Below, piece after piece: positions 22,184 through 30,812 of a stretch of DNA of 64,000 nucleotides (position 1 is its first letter; every line of letters starts with the position of its first letter). The DNA comes from Gemmatimonas sp. (GTDB lineage Bacteria > Gemmatimonadota > Gemmatimonadetes > Gemmatimonadales > Gemmatimonadaceae). The stretch lies in contig OZ257156.1 of NCBI GenBank assembly GCA_965279375.1, positions 640,001 through 704,000 of the forward strand. The letters run 5' to 3'. Made by a program: the position numbers and the translations under genes. The notes under the pieces were generated by a model. It was not told where the DNA came from and did not search any database. It saw only the letters and a list, made by a program, of their open reading frames with translations.

Positions 22184-22886
22184 CCGGGGACGCTAGCTTC
22201 GGCACCGCCTTCCGCAAGGACGCGGTTTGTGCGTCGAGCACTTTCGTTGCACGATCGCGTTGCTCATCGGTCACGAGCGCCAAACACGACGCCACATCTG
22301 CGGGACGCCGCTCAACGAGCGCGTCGCCGATCTCGGCCATCACCTTCATCGCCTGCATCGTCACCGCCATCTTCTTGTCATCGGGCGCGGCACCGCCACC
22401 CGCCGGCGGTCCTCCCATGCCACCCCCCGGCGGTCCCCCCATACCGCCTCCCGGTGGGCCCCCCATGCCACCACCCGGTGGGCCCGACATCCCCTCGGGC
22501 GGACGCGGCGGCTTGAAATCCCGGCGCACGGAATCGTACCTCGCGATCAAGTCCGCATTGCGCTCGAAGAGCCGCGCCCGCAGCGCGGAGAGTGAATCCA
22601 GCTGCGCGTCGGTCAGCTTCAACGACTTCTTGTCCCGCAACAGGGCCTCTGCCGCGTTGAACGCTTCGAGCTCTTTCGCCGTCGCGAACTTCGGCATCGC
22701 GCCGCCGCGCGGCATCGGCGCCATTCCGCGACCACCCATGCCTCCCGGCGGACCACCCATTCCGCCGCCCATCCCGCCCTGCGCTCGCACTGTTGTCGCG
22801 GTCGAATGCAGCAGCATGACGTTCGCGAGGCACAGCAGCGCGAACACCGCGCGGGGCATCGGTTGCTTTGTGATCAGTCGGTCCAT
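22155..22886 (-). CDS. Secreted Gly/Pro/Met-rich LTxxQ-like helical protein
   Basis: Signal peptide (…TVRAQ), GGMGGPPG repeats, SLKLTDAQ motif. Alternative start at 22859. Confidence 0.7.
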   Translation of the reverse strand: MDRLITKQPMPRAVFALLCLANVMLLHSTATTVRAQGGMGGGMGGPPGGMGGRGMAPMPRGGAMPKFATAKELEAFNAAEALLRDKKSLKLTDAQLDSLSALRARLFERNADLIARYDSVRRDFKPPRPPEGMSGPPGGGMGGPPGGGMGGPPGGGMGGPPAGGGAAPDDKKMAVTMQAMKVMAEIGDALVERRPADVASCLALVTDEQRDRATKVLDAQTASLRKAVPKLASPDGGRELDRR

Positions 22887-22961
22887 GACGCGGTTCCTCG
22901 CGTGTACAGGTTCAACGAAAGACGCCAGGCCCAAACCGGGCGTTCATCCTCAACTGATCAA

Positions 22962-22990
22962 GTACCGTCGCGTGGCGCCGAACGTTTGGT
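22962..22990 (-). promoter_or_regulatory. Predicted ECF-sigma promoter B upstream of the sigma operon (autoregulatory)
   Basis: Minus strand reads ACCAAAC-gttcggcgccacgcgac-GGTAC (17-nt spacer). Confidence 0.75.
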
Positions 22991-23052
22991 GGGCCGCTGG
23001 CGTGCATCGCGCGCCGTCCACTTGTGCGCAAGCCATCGGCGCGGCGCCACGA

Positions 23053-23706
23053 TCACCGTTCGTCTGCTGCGGCAAAACCGTCCGAGAGGATGCGGCTGAG
23101 TTGTCCTATCAGTCGCAGCTGAAGGGCGGTCGCTTCCGCGTGGATGCCGTGCGCCTCCGGTGGTGCCAGGTGCATCGCGGCCACGCACGCGCCGAGCATG
23201 CAGTGCGCACGCAGCAGCGCGAGCTCGTCGCGGTCGTCTACCGACGTCTTCTCTGCGGGGTCTACAGGCTGACCCTCGGTCAGCGCCGCGAGACTCCGCC
23301 CAAGCGGTCGAGAGCGCATGACCAGTGCGTCCCGAATGACAACGCGAAGCGCACCCGTCGGGCGGAGCAATTCGTTGCTCAACAATTGGAGGTGCACGCT
23401 CTCTGGCTCTCCTCGAAGCGCCGCGCCGACCAGGCTACTCACCAGAGCGTGGAGCGATGCCTGCCTGCTCGTTCGAGGAGACGGGAGGGCGTCGAGCGGA
23501 CGCAGCGACTGCTCGAGGGCCGCGTCGATGGCGGCCGCGTAGAGGGCTGCCTTGCTGCCGAAGTGGTAGTTGATGGCCGCCTGATTGGCCTTCGCGCGGT
23601 CGGTGATCTCACGTACGGTCGCGGACTCGTAGCCGCGAGCGGCAAAGACATCCATCGCGGCGTCGAGCAGGCGCAGACGTGTTTCGACGGATCGAGGATG
23701 CGTCAT
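23053..23706 (-). CDS. TetR/AcrR family regulator (CecR/CerR-like)
   Basis: TRLRLLDAAMDVFAARGYESATVREITDRAKANQAAINYHFGSKAALY HTH. Confidence 0.9.
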   Translation of the reverse strand: MTHPRSVETRLRLLDAAMDVFAARGYESATVREITDRAKANQAAINYHFGSKAALYAAAIDAALEQSLRPLDALPSPRTSRQASLHALVSSLVGAALRGEPESVHLQLLSNELLRPTGALRVVIRDALVMRSRPLGRSLAALTEGQPVDPAEKTSVDDRDELALLRAHCMLGACVAAMHLAPPEAHGIHAEATALQLRLIGQLSRILSDGFAAADER

Positions 23707-23726
23707 TCATCCCTGTACCCGCGGCA

Positions 23727-23742
23727 TCAAACAAACGTTTGA
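23727..23742. promoter_or_regulatory. Putative TetR operator TCAAAC-N4-GTTTGA
   Basis: Perfect 6-bp AT-rich inverted repeat 20 nt upstream of the TetR start, in the divergent intergenic region. Confidence 0.65.
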
Positions 23743-23844
23743 AACGGACTCGGTACGCCAGCTGCATCAAGTCGACGCCTGGTCGGCGACCGCCGACCCG
23801 GACGCGTGCGTCCGTCACGTTCACCGCAGCCGCGGGAGTTCCCC

Positions 23845-24324
23845 ATGCAGATCGGAAGCATCGGCAGTTTCGCACCATCGCAGGCCATGCGCGACAAGAT
23901 GTTTGCCAGGATCGACAACAATAGTGACGGCAAGCTGAGTCTCGACGAGTTCAAGGCGGGATCGCCCAAGGGTGACGCCGCCAAGGGACCGGGCGCGCCG
24001 ACGGCGGCCCAGACGGAGAAGATGTTCAAGACGTTCGACTCCGACGGCGATGGCTCGCTGACGCAGCAGGAAATGGATGCTGGCATGGATGCGATCGGCC
24101 AGAAGCTCAAGGCTGCCATGGCCCAGCATGCGACGGGCGACAGCACATCGTTGGTCGACATGCCATTCGGCGAGAAGGATGCGACGTCCGGCGACAGCCG
24201 CGCGACGGACGACTCCTCCACTGACGCGACAAGCAAGACGCAGCAGCAGCGCCAGGTGCAGTGGATACTGGATGCGTTCGTAAGTCAGCAGAAGGTTGCG
24301 GCAGCATCCGCGTACAACAGCTGA
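23845..24324 (+). CDS. EF-hand calcium-binding protein
   Basis: Two canonical EF loops, DNNSDGKLSLDE and DSDGDGSLTQQE. SD GGGAG upstream. Confidence 0.85.
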   Translation: MQIGSIGSFAPSQAMRDKMFARIDNNSDGKLSLDEFKAGSPKGDAAKGPGAPTAAQTEKMFKTFDSDGDGSLTQQEMDAGMDAIGQKLKAAMAQHATGDSTSLVDMPFGEKDATSGDSRATDDSSTDATSKTQQQRQVQWILDAFVSQQKVAAASAYNS

Positions 24325-24333
24325 TCACGGCGG

Positions 24334-24362
24334 ACCAAACGTTTCGCCGACGTCAGTGGTAC
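24334..24362 (+). promoter_or_regulatory. Predicted ECF-sigma promoter C upstream of the TBDR-DUF4249 pair
   Basis: ACCAAAC-gtttcgccgacgtcagt-GGTAC (17-nt spacer). Confidence 0.72.
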
Positions 24363-24553
24363 ATGTCGTCGGCGAGGCGTGCGTGATGACGTGTCGCTCG
24401 CTCGTCGTTGCACAAGATTTCGCACTCGCGCGACGCAGTGCATGCACACGCGAGAGCGCGTAGGGTTCGTCTGCGATGTCGTGTTCATCTGTCCGTCCAC
24501 GTGCAGCGGTGCGTTGCGTTCGCCACGCCGCCCTGTACCAAGCCGGGTCTCGT

Positions 24554-27037
24554 ATGAACAATCCACATCGCGTCGTGATCCTCTGGCGTGCCACACTGCT
24601 CGCGACGATGTTCGCAGCAAGCGTTGCCGGAGCGCAGACACAAACTCCACCGCGTACCATCACGCTCACCGGAGTCGTGCGCGACTCGATTACAGGCGAA
24701 GTGTTGCCGAACGCGCGCGTCGGTATCAATGCGCTCACGCGTGCGGTGCAGACCAATGCCGACGGTCGCTTCGCCCTGCTCGGTGTGCCCGCCACGGTGC
24801 AGACACTGCGAGTGCAATACATCGGATATGGGTCGCGCACCTTGGTCATTCGCGCCGACACCATCAAGGCGCCGATCACCGTGACGCTCGCGCGCGCGGT
24901 CGTGCAACTCGCAGCGACTGACGTCAAGGCGCAGACAGATCAGTCACCCACCGTCGCCGCGATCGGACGTGACGCTGGACAGCTCGCCATTTCCACAGCG
25001 CAGGTGGAGGCAATGCCAAGCGTTGGCGAAGCCGACGTGTTTCGAACGTTGCAGATGTTGCCGAGTGTGGCCGGCGCGGGAAACGGGACGGCGAGTCTGT
25101 CGGTACGAGGTGGCACGGCGGATCAGAATCTCGTGCTGCTCGACGGCATGACCGTATACCATGTCGATCACTTCTTCGGCCTCTTCAGCGCCTTCAACAC
25201 GGATGCACTTAAAGACATTCAGTTGTACGCGGGTGGATTTCCCGCACGATACGGCGGGCGCGTCTCCTCGGTCATCGACCTCACCGGCAAGGCCGGCGAC
25301 GAGAAGGAATTCCACGCAAGCGGCGGTGCGAGTCTCCTGAGCGCGCGCGGGGTCGTTGAGATTCCGTTGGGTCGCGGCGCCTTGCTCATTTCCGGCCGAC
25401 GATCATACACGGATGTCATCAAGAGCTCGCTGTACGGCAAACTGTTCGATTTCGCCAAGAGCCAAAGTGGCTCGACGCAGCAGGCCGGACCTGGCGGCGG
25501 CAATCCCTTTCAGCGACAAAGCGTCGATCCTTCATTCTACTTCTACGACTTCAACGCCAAACTGACGTATCGTCCGTCATCCCGCGATGTCACGACGCTC
25601 AGTGCATACAGCGGACTCGATAATCTCGACCAGTCGCAATCGCTTGGCGGCTTTCCCGGCCAGTCGACGACCGCGGCCCGCACGACACTCAGCGACATCA
25701 CGGAGTGGGGGAACAAGGGTGTCAGTGCGCGCTGGTTCCGGCAGTGGGCCAGTCGCCTCAGTACCGACGCGTTGCTGTCGTCGTCGCACTACACCAGCAA
25801 CGGCGACCGCTCCTCGAGCGGAGGCGGGCCGACCACTGGCGGCGCTCGTTCGACGTTTGGCTTCGTCGAAAAGAACAGCGTCAACGATCTGACGGCGCGA
25901 ATCGAAAACTCGCTGGCCGTTGCGCCATGGTCCCGCGTCGACTTCGGTGTGTGGTCCACGCGCAACGCGGTCACCTACGACTTTCTGGTCGGCGCCAACG
26001 ATTCCACGCAGCGTGGACGCAATACCAGTCGCAACGGCACCGCAAATCTTACCGCCGGCTATCTGCAGCACACCTGGACGCCCATTGCGGCGGTCGACAT
26101 CACCACCGGCGCGCGGGCCAACCGCTACAGCGCGACGAGCGACACATACATCGAGCCTCGCGCCGCCGTCGGTTTACAACTCACGCAGTCGTTGAGACTC
26201 AAGAGTGCGTGGGGGAAGTACCATCAGTTCGTGAATCGAGTGGAGAACGAAGACGTGCTCTCCGGCAGCCGGGATTTCTGGCTGCTCGCCGATACCGCGC
26301 TGCGTCCGCAGGCGGCGACGCATACGATCGTCGGTGTGCAGTATGATCGCCCTTCGTGGGCATTCAACGTGGAGGCGTACGACAAGCGACTGGAAAACGC
26401 GACCCTGTTTTCGCGGCGGTACCGTCAGGCGCTCGGCGTGAACACTGGCTCGTTCTTCTTCACGGGAACCGGTCGATCGCGCGGCATCGAACTGCTGTAC
26501 GAAAAGAAGAGAGGCGCGGTGACGGGGTGGGCCAGCTACACGCTCGCCAAGGCAACCAATCGTTTCGCGAATGTCGACCAGGGGCGCGAGTTCGCGTCGT
26601 CACAGGATCAGCGCCACGAACTGAAGGGCTTTGGCACGGTGCAACTGGGCGGCATCGACTTCTCCAGCACCGCCATCTTCGGTTCCGGTCGCCCGTACAC
26701 CGCCCCTGTTGGTCAGTACCAGATCAAACTGCTCGACGGATCGACGCAGACGTACATCAACGTCGGCGACAAGAACGGGGAGCGACTCGCCGCGTATCAA
26801 CGCGTCGACCTCTCGGCGTCAAAGCTGATCAAGACGGAGGGTACGTTCGACTGGCGAGTCGGTGTGTCGCTCTACAACGTCGCCAACCGCAAGAACATTT
26901 CGTATCGCAGGTTTGATCTGAGTTCGTCGCCGATGTCGATCAGCGATGTCACGCAGCTGGGCTTCACGCCGAGCATTGATGTCAAACTCACGCTGCGCAG
27001 TCTCAAGGATCGCAGCCCGTACCTGGAGCAGAAATGA
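24554..27037 (+). CDS. TonB-dependent receptor
   Basis: Signal peptide, carboxypeptidase-regulatory-like N-domain, plug motifs (SVRGGTADQNLVLLDG, GGFPARYGGRVSSV), barrel. Confidence 0.92.
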   Translation: MNNPHRVVILWRATLLATMFAASVAGAQTQTPPRTITLTGVVRDSITGEVLPNARVGINALTRAVQTNADGRFALLGVPATVQTLRVQYIGYGSRTLVIRADTIKAPITVTLARAVVQLAATDVKAQTDQSPTVAAIGRDAGQLAISTAQVEAMPSVGEADVFRTLQMLPSVAGAGNGTASLSVRGGTADQNLVLLDGMTVYHVDHFFGLFSAFNTDALKDIQLYAGGFPARYGGRVSSVIDLTGKAGDEKEFHASGGASLLSARGVVEIPLGRGALLISGRRSYTDVIKSSLYGKLFDFAKSQSGSTQQAGPGGGNPFQRQSVDPSFYFYDFNAKLTYRPSSRDVTTLSAYSGLDNLDQSQSLGGFPGQSTTAARTTLSDITEWGNKGVSARWFRQWASRLSTDALLSSSHYTSNGDRSSSGGGPTTGGARSTFGFVEKNSVNDLTARIENSLAVAPWSRVDFGVWSTRNAVTYDFLVGANDSTQRGRNTSRNGTANLTAGYLQHTWTPIAAVDITTGARANRYSATSDTYIEPRAAVGLQLTQSLRLKSAWGKYHQFVNRVENEDVLSGSRDFWLLADTALRPQAATHTIVGVQYDRPSWAFNVEAYDKRLENATLFSRRYRQALGVNTGSFFFTGTGRSRGIELLYEKKRGAVTGWASYTLAKATNRFANVDQGREFASSQDQRHELKGFGTVQLGGIDFSSTAIFGSGRPYTAPVGQYQIKLLDGSTQTYINVGDKNGERLAAYQRVDLSASKLIKTEGTFDWRVGVSLYNVANRKNISYRRFDLSSSPMSISDVTQLGFTPSIDVKLTLRSLKDRSPYLEQK

Positions 27038-27885
27038 TCCTCTCGCGTCCGATCCCACGTGTCGCCGCGATGATCGGCGGCATCACTCTCGCCGTGGCTG
27101 CGGCGTGCGGCGATGTGACCTCCACTGCGCCAAGTGTTCGTCAGCCCGTGGTGCGCGCCTACTTGTACGCGGGCCAGCCGGTCAACGATATCCGGCTGAC
27201 GTGGACCGCACCGATCGGCACCGCCGACTCTGTCGCAGACAGCATCGCGCCGCCGATCAACAGCGCGCAAGTCGTGCTGGAGCGCGGCGGCTCGCGTTTT
27301 GTCCTCTCGCCTGCTCCCGGAGACAGCGGCTACTATCGCTACACCGGAACGGACTTGGTCGTCCGCGAAGGCGATGTGTTCGACCTGATCGCGACGATTG
27401 ACGGACAAACGCTGACAGCCCGCACCTCCGTGCCGGTACGTCCATCGGGCGCGCGCGTGTCGTCCGCCGTGCTCAAGGTGCCCACCTTCTCGTTTGGATC
27501 CGGACCGCCCGACTTCAGCGCCTCGACGGTCCAGGTGCGATGGCAAGCGGTGAATGGTGGGCTCTACTTCGTCACGCTGGAAAACACGGAGAAATCGCCA
27601 ACGACTATCGACCTCGGCTTTCCGGGAGGCGTGACGAATCGCGTGCGACGCATCGTGTTTCCACCAACCTCGGCGGACAGCGTGCCGGTGAACATCTTCT
27701 CGCTCTCGTATTTGGGAAAGCACACGGTGCGCGTCTGGCGCGTGAACGACGAGTACGCGCAGCTCTATGCGACGCTCCAGCAGGATTCCCACGACCTCAA
27801 CGAGCCGGCCACGAATATTCACGGGGGCCTCGGCGTGTTCAGCGCCTTCGCGGCCGACTCCACCACCATCACCGTGGTCAAATAG
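27034..27885 (+). CDS. DUF4249-like lipoprotein
   Basis: Lipobox AAAC, C-terminal TNIHGGLGVF, ATGA overlap with the TBDR stop. Confidence 0.8.
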   Translation: MILSRPIPRVAAMIGGITLAVAAACGDVTSTAPSVRQPVVRAYLYAGQPVNDIRLTWTAPIGTADSVADSIAPPINSAQVVLERGGSRFVLSPAPGDSGYYRYTGTDLVVREGDVFDLIATIDGQTLTARTSVPVRPSGARVSSAVLKVPTFSFGSGPPDFSASTVQVRWQAVNGGLYFVTLENTEKSPTTIDLGFPGGVTNRVRRIVFPPTSADSVPVNIFSLSYLGKHTVRVWRVNDEYAQLYATLQQDSHDLNEPATNIHGGLGVFSAFAADSTTITVVK

Positions 27886-27998
27886 GCGAGACCCTCACCA
27901 GGAACGGGACTCGAGCTCACCCGGGTTCCGCCCCCTTTCCACGTCCCCGTACCATTCCGGAGGGAACGGACCGGCCCCCAATCCCCTATGTTTCGCAC

Positions 27999-28730
27999 GT
28001 GATTCAGATAACCGACGTCTCCGCCCAGCTCTCCGGCAACCCCGCCGCCGCCCTCCCGCTCCTCTTTGGCGCGGGGGTGCTGACGTCGTTGACGCCCTGC
28101 GTCTACCCGATGATCCCGATCACCGCGGCCATCGTCGGCGGGCAATCGGCCGCCGAACAGGCAGGGACGGCGATCGTCTCGCGGTGGCGCCCGCTGCTGC
28201 TGTCGCTCACGTACGTGCTGGGTCTCGCCTCGGTCTACGCCGGCTTAGGCCTGCTGGCCGGCCTCACCGGGACCATGTTCGGCACGGTCAGCGCCAATCC
28301 GTGGGCGTTCTTCGCGATGGCCAACCTGCTGCTGCTGGCCGCGCTCTCCATGCTCGACGTCATCCCGGTCCGCGTTCCGGCGGCCATCCTGCAACGGGCC
28401 TCCAACGCGGGAACCGGCGGACGGGTCGCGGGTGCTTTCATCATGGGTGCAGCCTCAGGTCTCGTGGCCGCCCCCTGCTCTGCACCGGTCATGGCCGCCG
28501 TCCTCACCTGGGTCAGCACCACGGGCAGTGCGCTCCTCGGCTTCGCGTACCTGTTCACCTTCTCGCTCGGCATGTGCACGCTACTGGTGATCGTCGGCCT
28601 CTCGGCTGGCGCCATCGCCCGTCTGCCACGCGCCGGCACCTGGATGCTGTGGGTCAAGCGCGGATTCGCCGCCATCATGCTCGGCATGGCCGAGTACTAT
28701 CTCGTCAAAATGGGTCAGGTCTACTTCTGA
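27999..28730 (+). CDS. ccdA: Cytochrome c biogenesis / DsbD-beta protein CcdA
   Basis: SLTPCVYPMIP and AAPCSAP motifs, multiple TMs. GTG start. Confidence 0.88.
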   Translation: MIQITDVSAQLSGNPAAALPLLFGAGVLTSLTPCVYPMIPITAAIVGGQSAAEQAGTAIVSRWRPLLLSLTYVLGLASVYAGLGLLAGLTGTMFGTVSANPWAFFAMANLLLLAALSMLDVIPVRVPAAILQRASNAGTGGRVAGAFIMGAASGLVAAPCSAPVMAAVLTWVSTTGSALLGFAYLFTFSLGMCTLLVIVGLSAGAIARLPRAGTWMLWVKRGFAAIMLGMAEYYLVKMGQVYF

Positions 28731-28744
28731 CCCCGGAGTCGTTC

Positions 28745-29296
28745 ATGCGTTTTGCCCTGCCCGTCATCCGCACCGCCAACGCTTCACTGCGTCTCTGGCT
28801 CGCCTTCTTCGCGCTCCTGACGGCCACCGTCGCCAAGCCGCTGACGGCCCACGGCACCGTGGCCGCGCAGGACACGGGTATCGCGATCGGCGAAAAGGCG
28901 CCGGGCGGTCCGCTCGAAACGCTGGACGGCAAGATCGTCGACTTCTCGAGCTATGTGGGCAAGGGCCCGCTGGTCATCGAGTTCTGGGCGACGTGGTGCG
29001 GCAACTGCAAGCAGCTCGAACCGTCGCTGCGCGCCGCAGTCACCAAGTACGCCGCGCAGGCCAAGTTCGTCACCATCGCGGTGTCGATCAATCAGTCGAT
29101 CGAGCGCGTGAAGGCGTGGCAGGCGATCAACAAGATGCCCGGCGAAATGCTCTACGATCGCAAGGGCATCGTGTCGGGTGCGTTCGATGCGCCGGCCACC
29201 AGCTACGTCGTGGTGCTCGACAAGACCGGCAAGGTGGTCTACACCGGCGTCGGCGGCACCCAGAACGTGGATGCCGCCATCAAGAAGGCGCTGTAA
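28745..29296 (+). CDS. TlpA/ResA-like thiol-disulfide oxidoreductase
   Basis: FWATWCGNC motif, signal peptide, directly downstream of ccdA. Confidence 0.88.
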   Translation: MRFALPVIRTANASLRLWLAFFALLTATVAKPLTAHGTVAAQDTGIAIGEKAPGGPLETLDGKIVDFSSYVGKGPLVIEFWATWCGNCKQLEPSLRAAVTKYAAQAKFVTIAVSINQSIERVKAWQAINKMPGEMLYDRKGIVSGAFDAPATSYVVVLDKTGKVVYTGVGGTQNVDAAIKKAL

Positions 29297-29331
29297 CCGG
29301 ATGGTTGTAGCCGGAGCGCGGTAACGCGAGG

Positions 29332-30606
29332 TTAATCCGGCGTCTTCGCCGCGTTGCTCAGGACCACCGCGTCCTTCGCATCAAAGCCCACCTGCAGCTT
29401 GGCCGCCTCAGCGACGGCGGCCAACGCCTGCCCCGACGACTGCAGACCGATGCGCAGCGACACGGTGCGCGTCCCCAGCGACGGATCGGCCAGCGACGCG
29501 TTCACGTCGAACCAACGCTGCAGCTCCGGCAACACCGTGGACATCGGCGCGTTGACGAAGACCAGCGTATCGTGCACCCACTCGAGCGCCAGCTGACGCG
29601 TCGCGTCGTCGAGCATCTGCACGCTGCCGTCCTTGCCGAGCCGCATCGCCTTGCCCGCATCCACCGTCGTGGTACCACTCGCGACCGTAGCGCGCACCGA
29701 CACGCTCCCTTCATCCACGCCGATGTAGACCGCGCTGTCCTCCGGGAAGGCACGCACAGTGAACACCGTGCCCGTGGCGGTCACGACGGCGTTCCCCGCA
29801 CGCACCACGAATGCACGCGAAAGCCCCTGCTTGACCGTGAACATCGCCGTGCCGTTCAACTCCAACGTGCGCACGTTGCCGCCGAAATCGTTGGGCAACT
29901 TGAGGTGCGAATCGGAGCCCAGCTTGGCCAGTGAGCCGTCGCTCAACGTCACGCCGCCGCGCTGACCGCGCGCTGAATTGACGGTGCGCGCGTTGTCCGC
30001 TTTCAGTGCTTGCGTCGCGGCCACCTCTTCGCTGCTCGCGCCAAGCCAGCGCATGAGACCGAGCACCGCAATCGTGCCAATCACGACGATGACCGTCGGG
30101 GCTTTCCAACCTCGTCCGCGCGCGACCTGCTGCACATGTTCGGCGGCGGCATGCTTGCGTGCCGCTTGCGCCGCTTCCTGCGCCACGGCGTGGTCCACCG
30201 GCGCCGCGTGCAGCTCGGCCAGCAATCGGTCCACCGCTTCATCGGCGGAGGCTACGCTGAGATGCGATGCCTTTGATGCGTCCGCGGAGACTCGCGTCGT
30301 GTGGTCGCCGTGATGCAACGCCTGATGCTTGCGACGCTGGATTGCTGCTTCGGTGCGAATCGCGTCCTCGAGCGCAGCCGTCAGTCCGATGACGTTCTCG
30401 TAGCGGTCGCGGCGATCCCACGTGGTGAGCATCGCCTGCTGCGCAACGCGTCCGCTGAAGTGCGCGAGATCGGCGCCTAACGCGTCGGCAGCGAGCTCAG
30501 TGAGCGCGTCGTACTGCGTGCGGTATATGCGCGCGAGCGCGTGTTCATCTCCACTGGCGAACGCGCGAAACTGCGTGATGTCTGGTGGTTGCAGCAGGTC
30601 GGCCAT
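29332..30606 (-). CDS. FecR-domain membrane protein with sigma70 region-2-like N-terminus
   Basis: FecR motifs (VTLSDGS, GTAMFTV, ATGTVFTV, DEGSVSV), central TM, N-terminal GDEHALARIY...AQQAMLTTW segment. SD GGAGG upstream of 30606. Confidence 0.8.
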   Translation of the reverse strand: MADLLQPPDITQFRAFASGDEHALARIYRTQYDALTELAADALGADLAHFSGRVAQQAMLTTWDRRDRYENVIGLTAALEDAIRTEAAIQRRKHQALHHGDHTTRVSADASKASHLSVASADEAVDRLLAELHAAPVDHAVAQEAAQAARKHAAAEHVQQVARGRGWKAPTVIVVIGTIAVLGLMRWLGASSEEVAATQALKADNARTVNSARGQRGGVTLSDGSLAKLGSDSHLKLPNDFGGNVRTLELNGTAMFTVKQGLSRAFVVRAGNAVVTATGTVFTVRAFPEDSAVYIGVDEGSVSVRATVASGTTTVDAGKAMRLGKDGSVQMLDDATRQLALEWVHDTLVFVNAPMSTVLPELQRWFDVNASLADPSLGTRTVSLRIGLQSSGQALAAVAEAAKLQVGFDAKDAVVLSNAAKTPD

Positions 30607-30812
30607 CGGTCCTCCCATCGTGCGGACAGGGTGCATACCGGGCGGCGCGGGCGCGGTGGCCGTGCGCGTCGTCTGTGCGTGTCCTGTACGCTGTGATGGT
30701 ACGCCAATAGGCGCAAACGGGCTCCGCCGGTCGAGGATGTCAGGCAATCCCCGAAGTCACGATGACGAGATGCGCGATGACGCGAGCCCAGCAACACCGC
30801 GCGGTGCGTGAC

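Noticed and set aside
22078..23742. Long alternative-frame ORFs (554 aa here; also 5435-7054, 1001-2440, 61571-62893 etc.)
   Set aside because: Shadow ORFs opposite or overlapping genes with clear motifs; expected in high-GC DNA.
27767..29296. 509-aa thioredoxin fusion; likewise the long N-extensions of 7225-9450, 9283-10530 and 39479-40699
   Set aside because: The extensions overlap other real genes and are low-complexity Arg/Pro; downstream starts fit family lengths.
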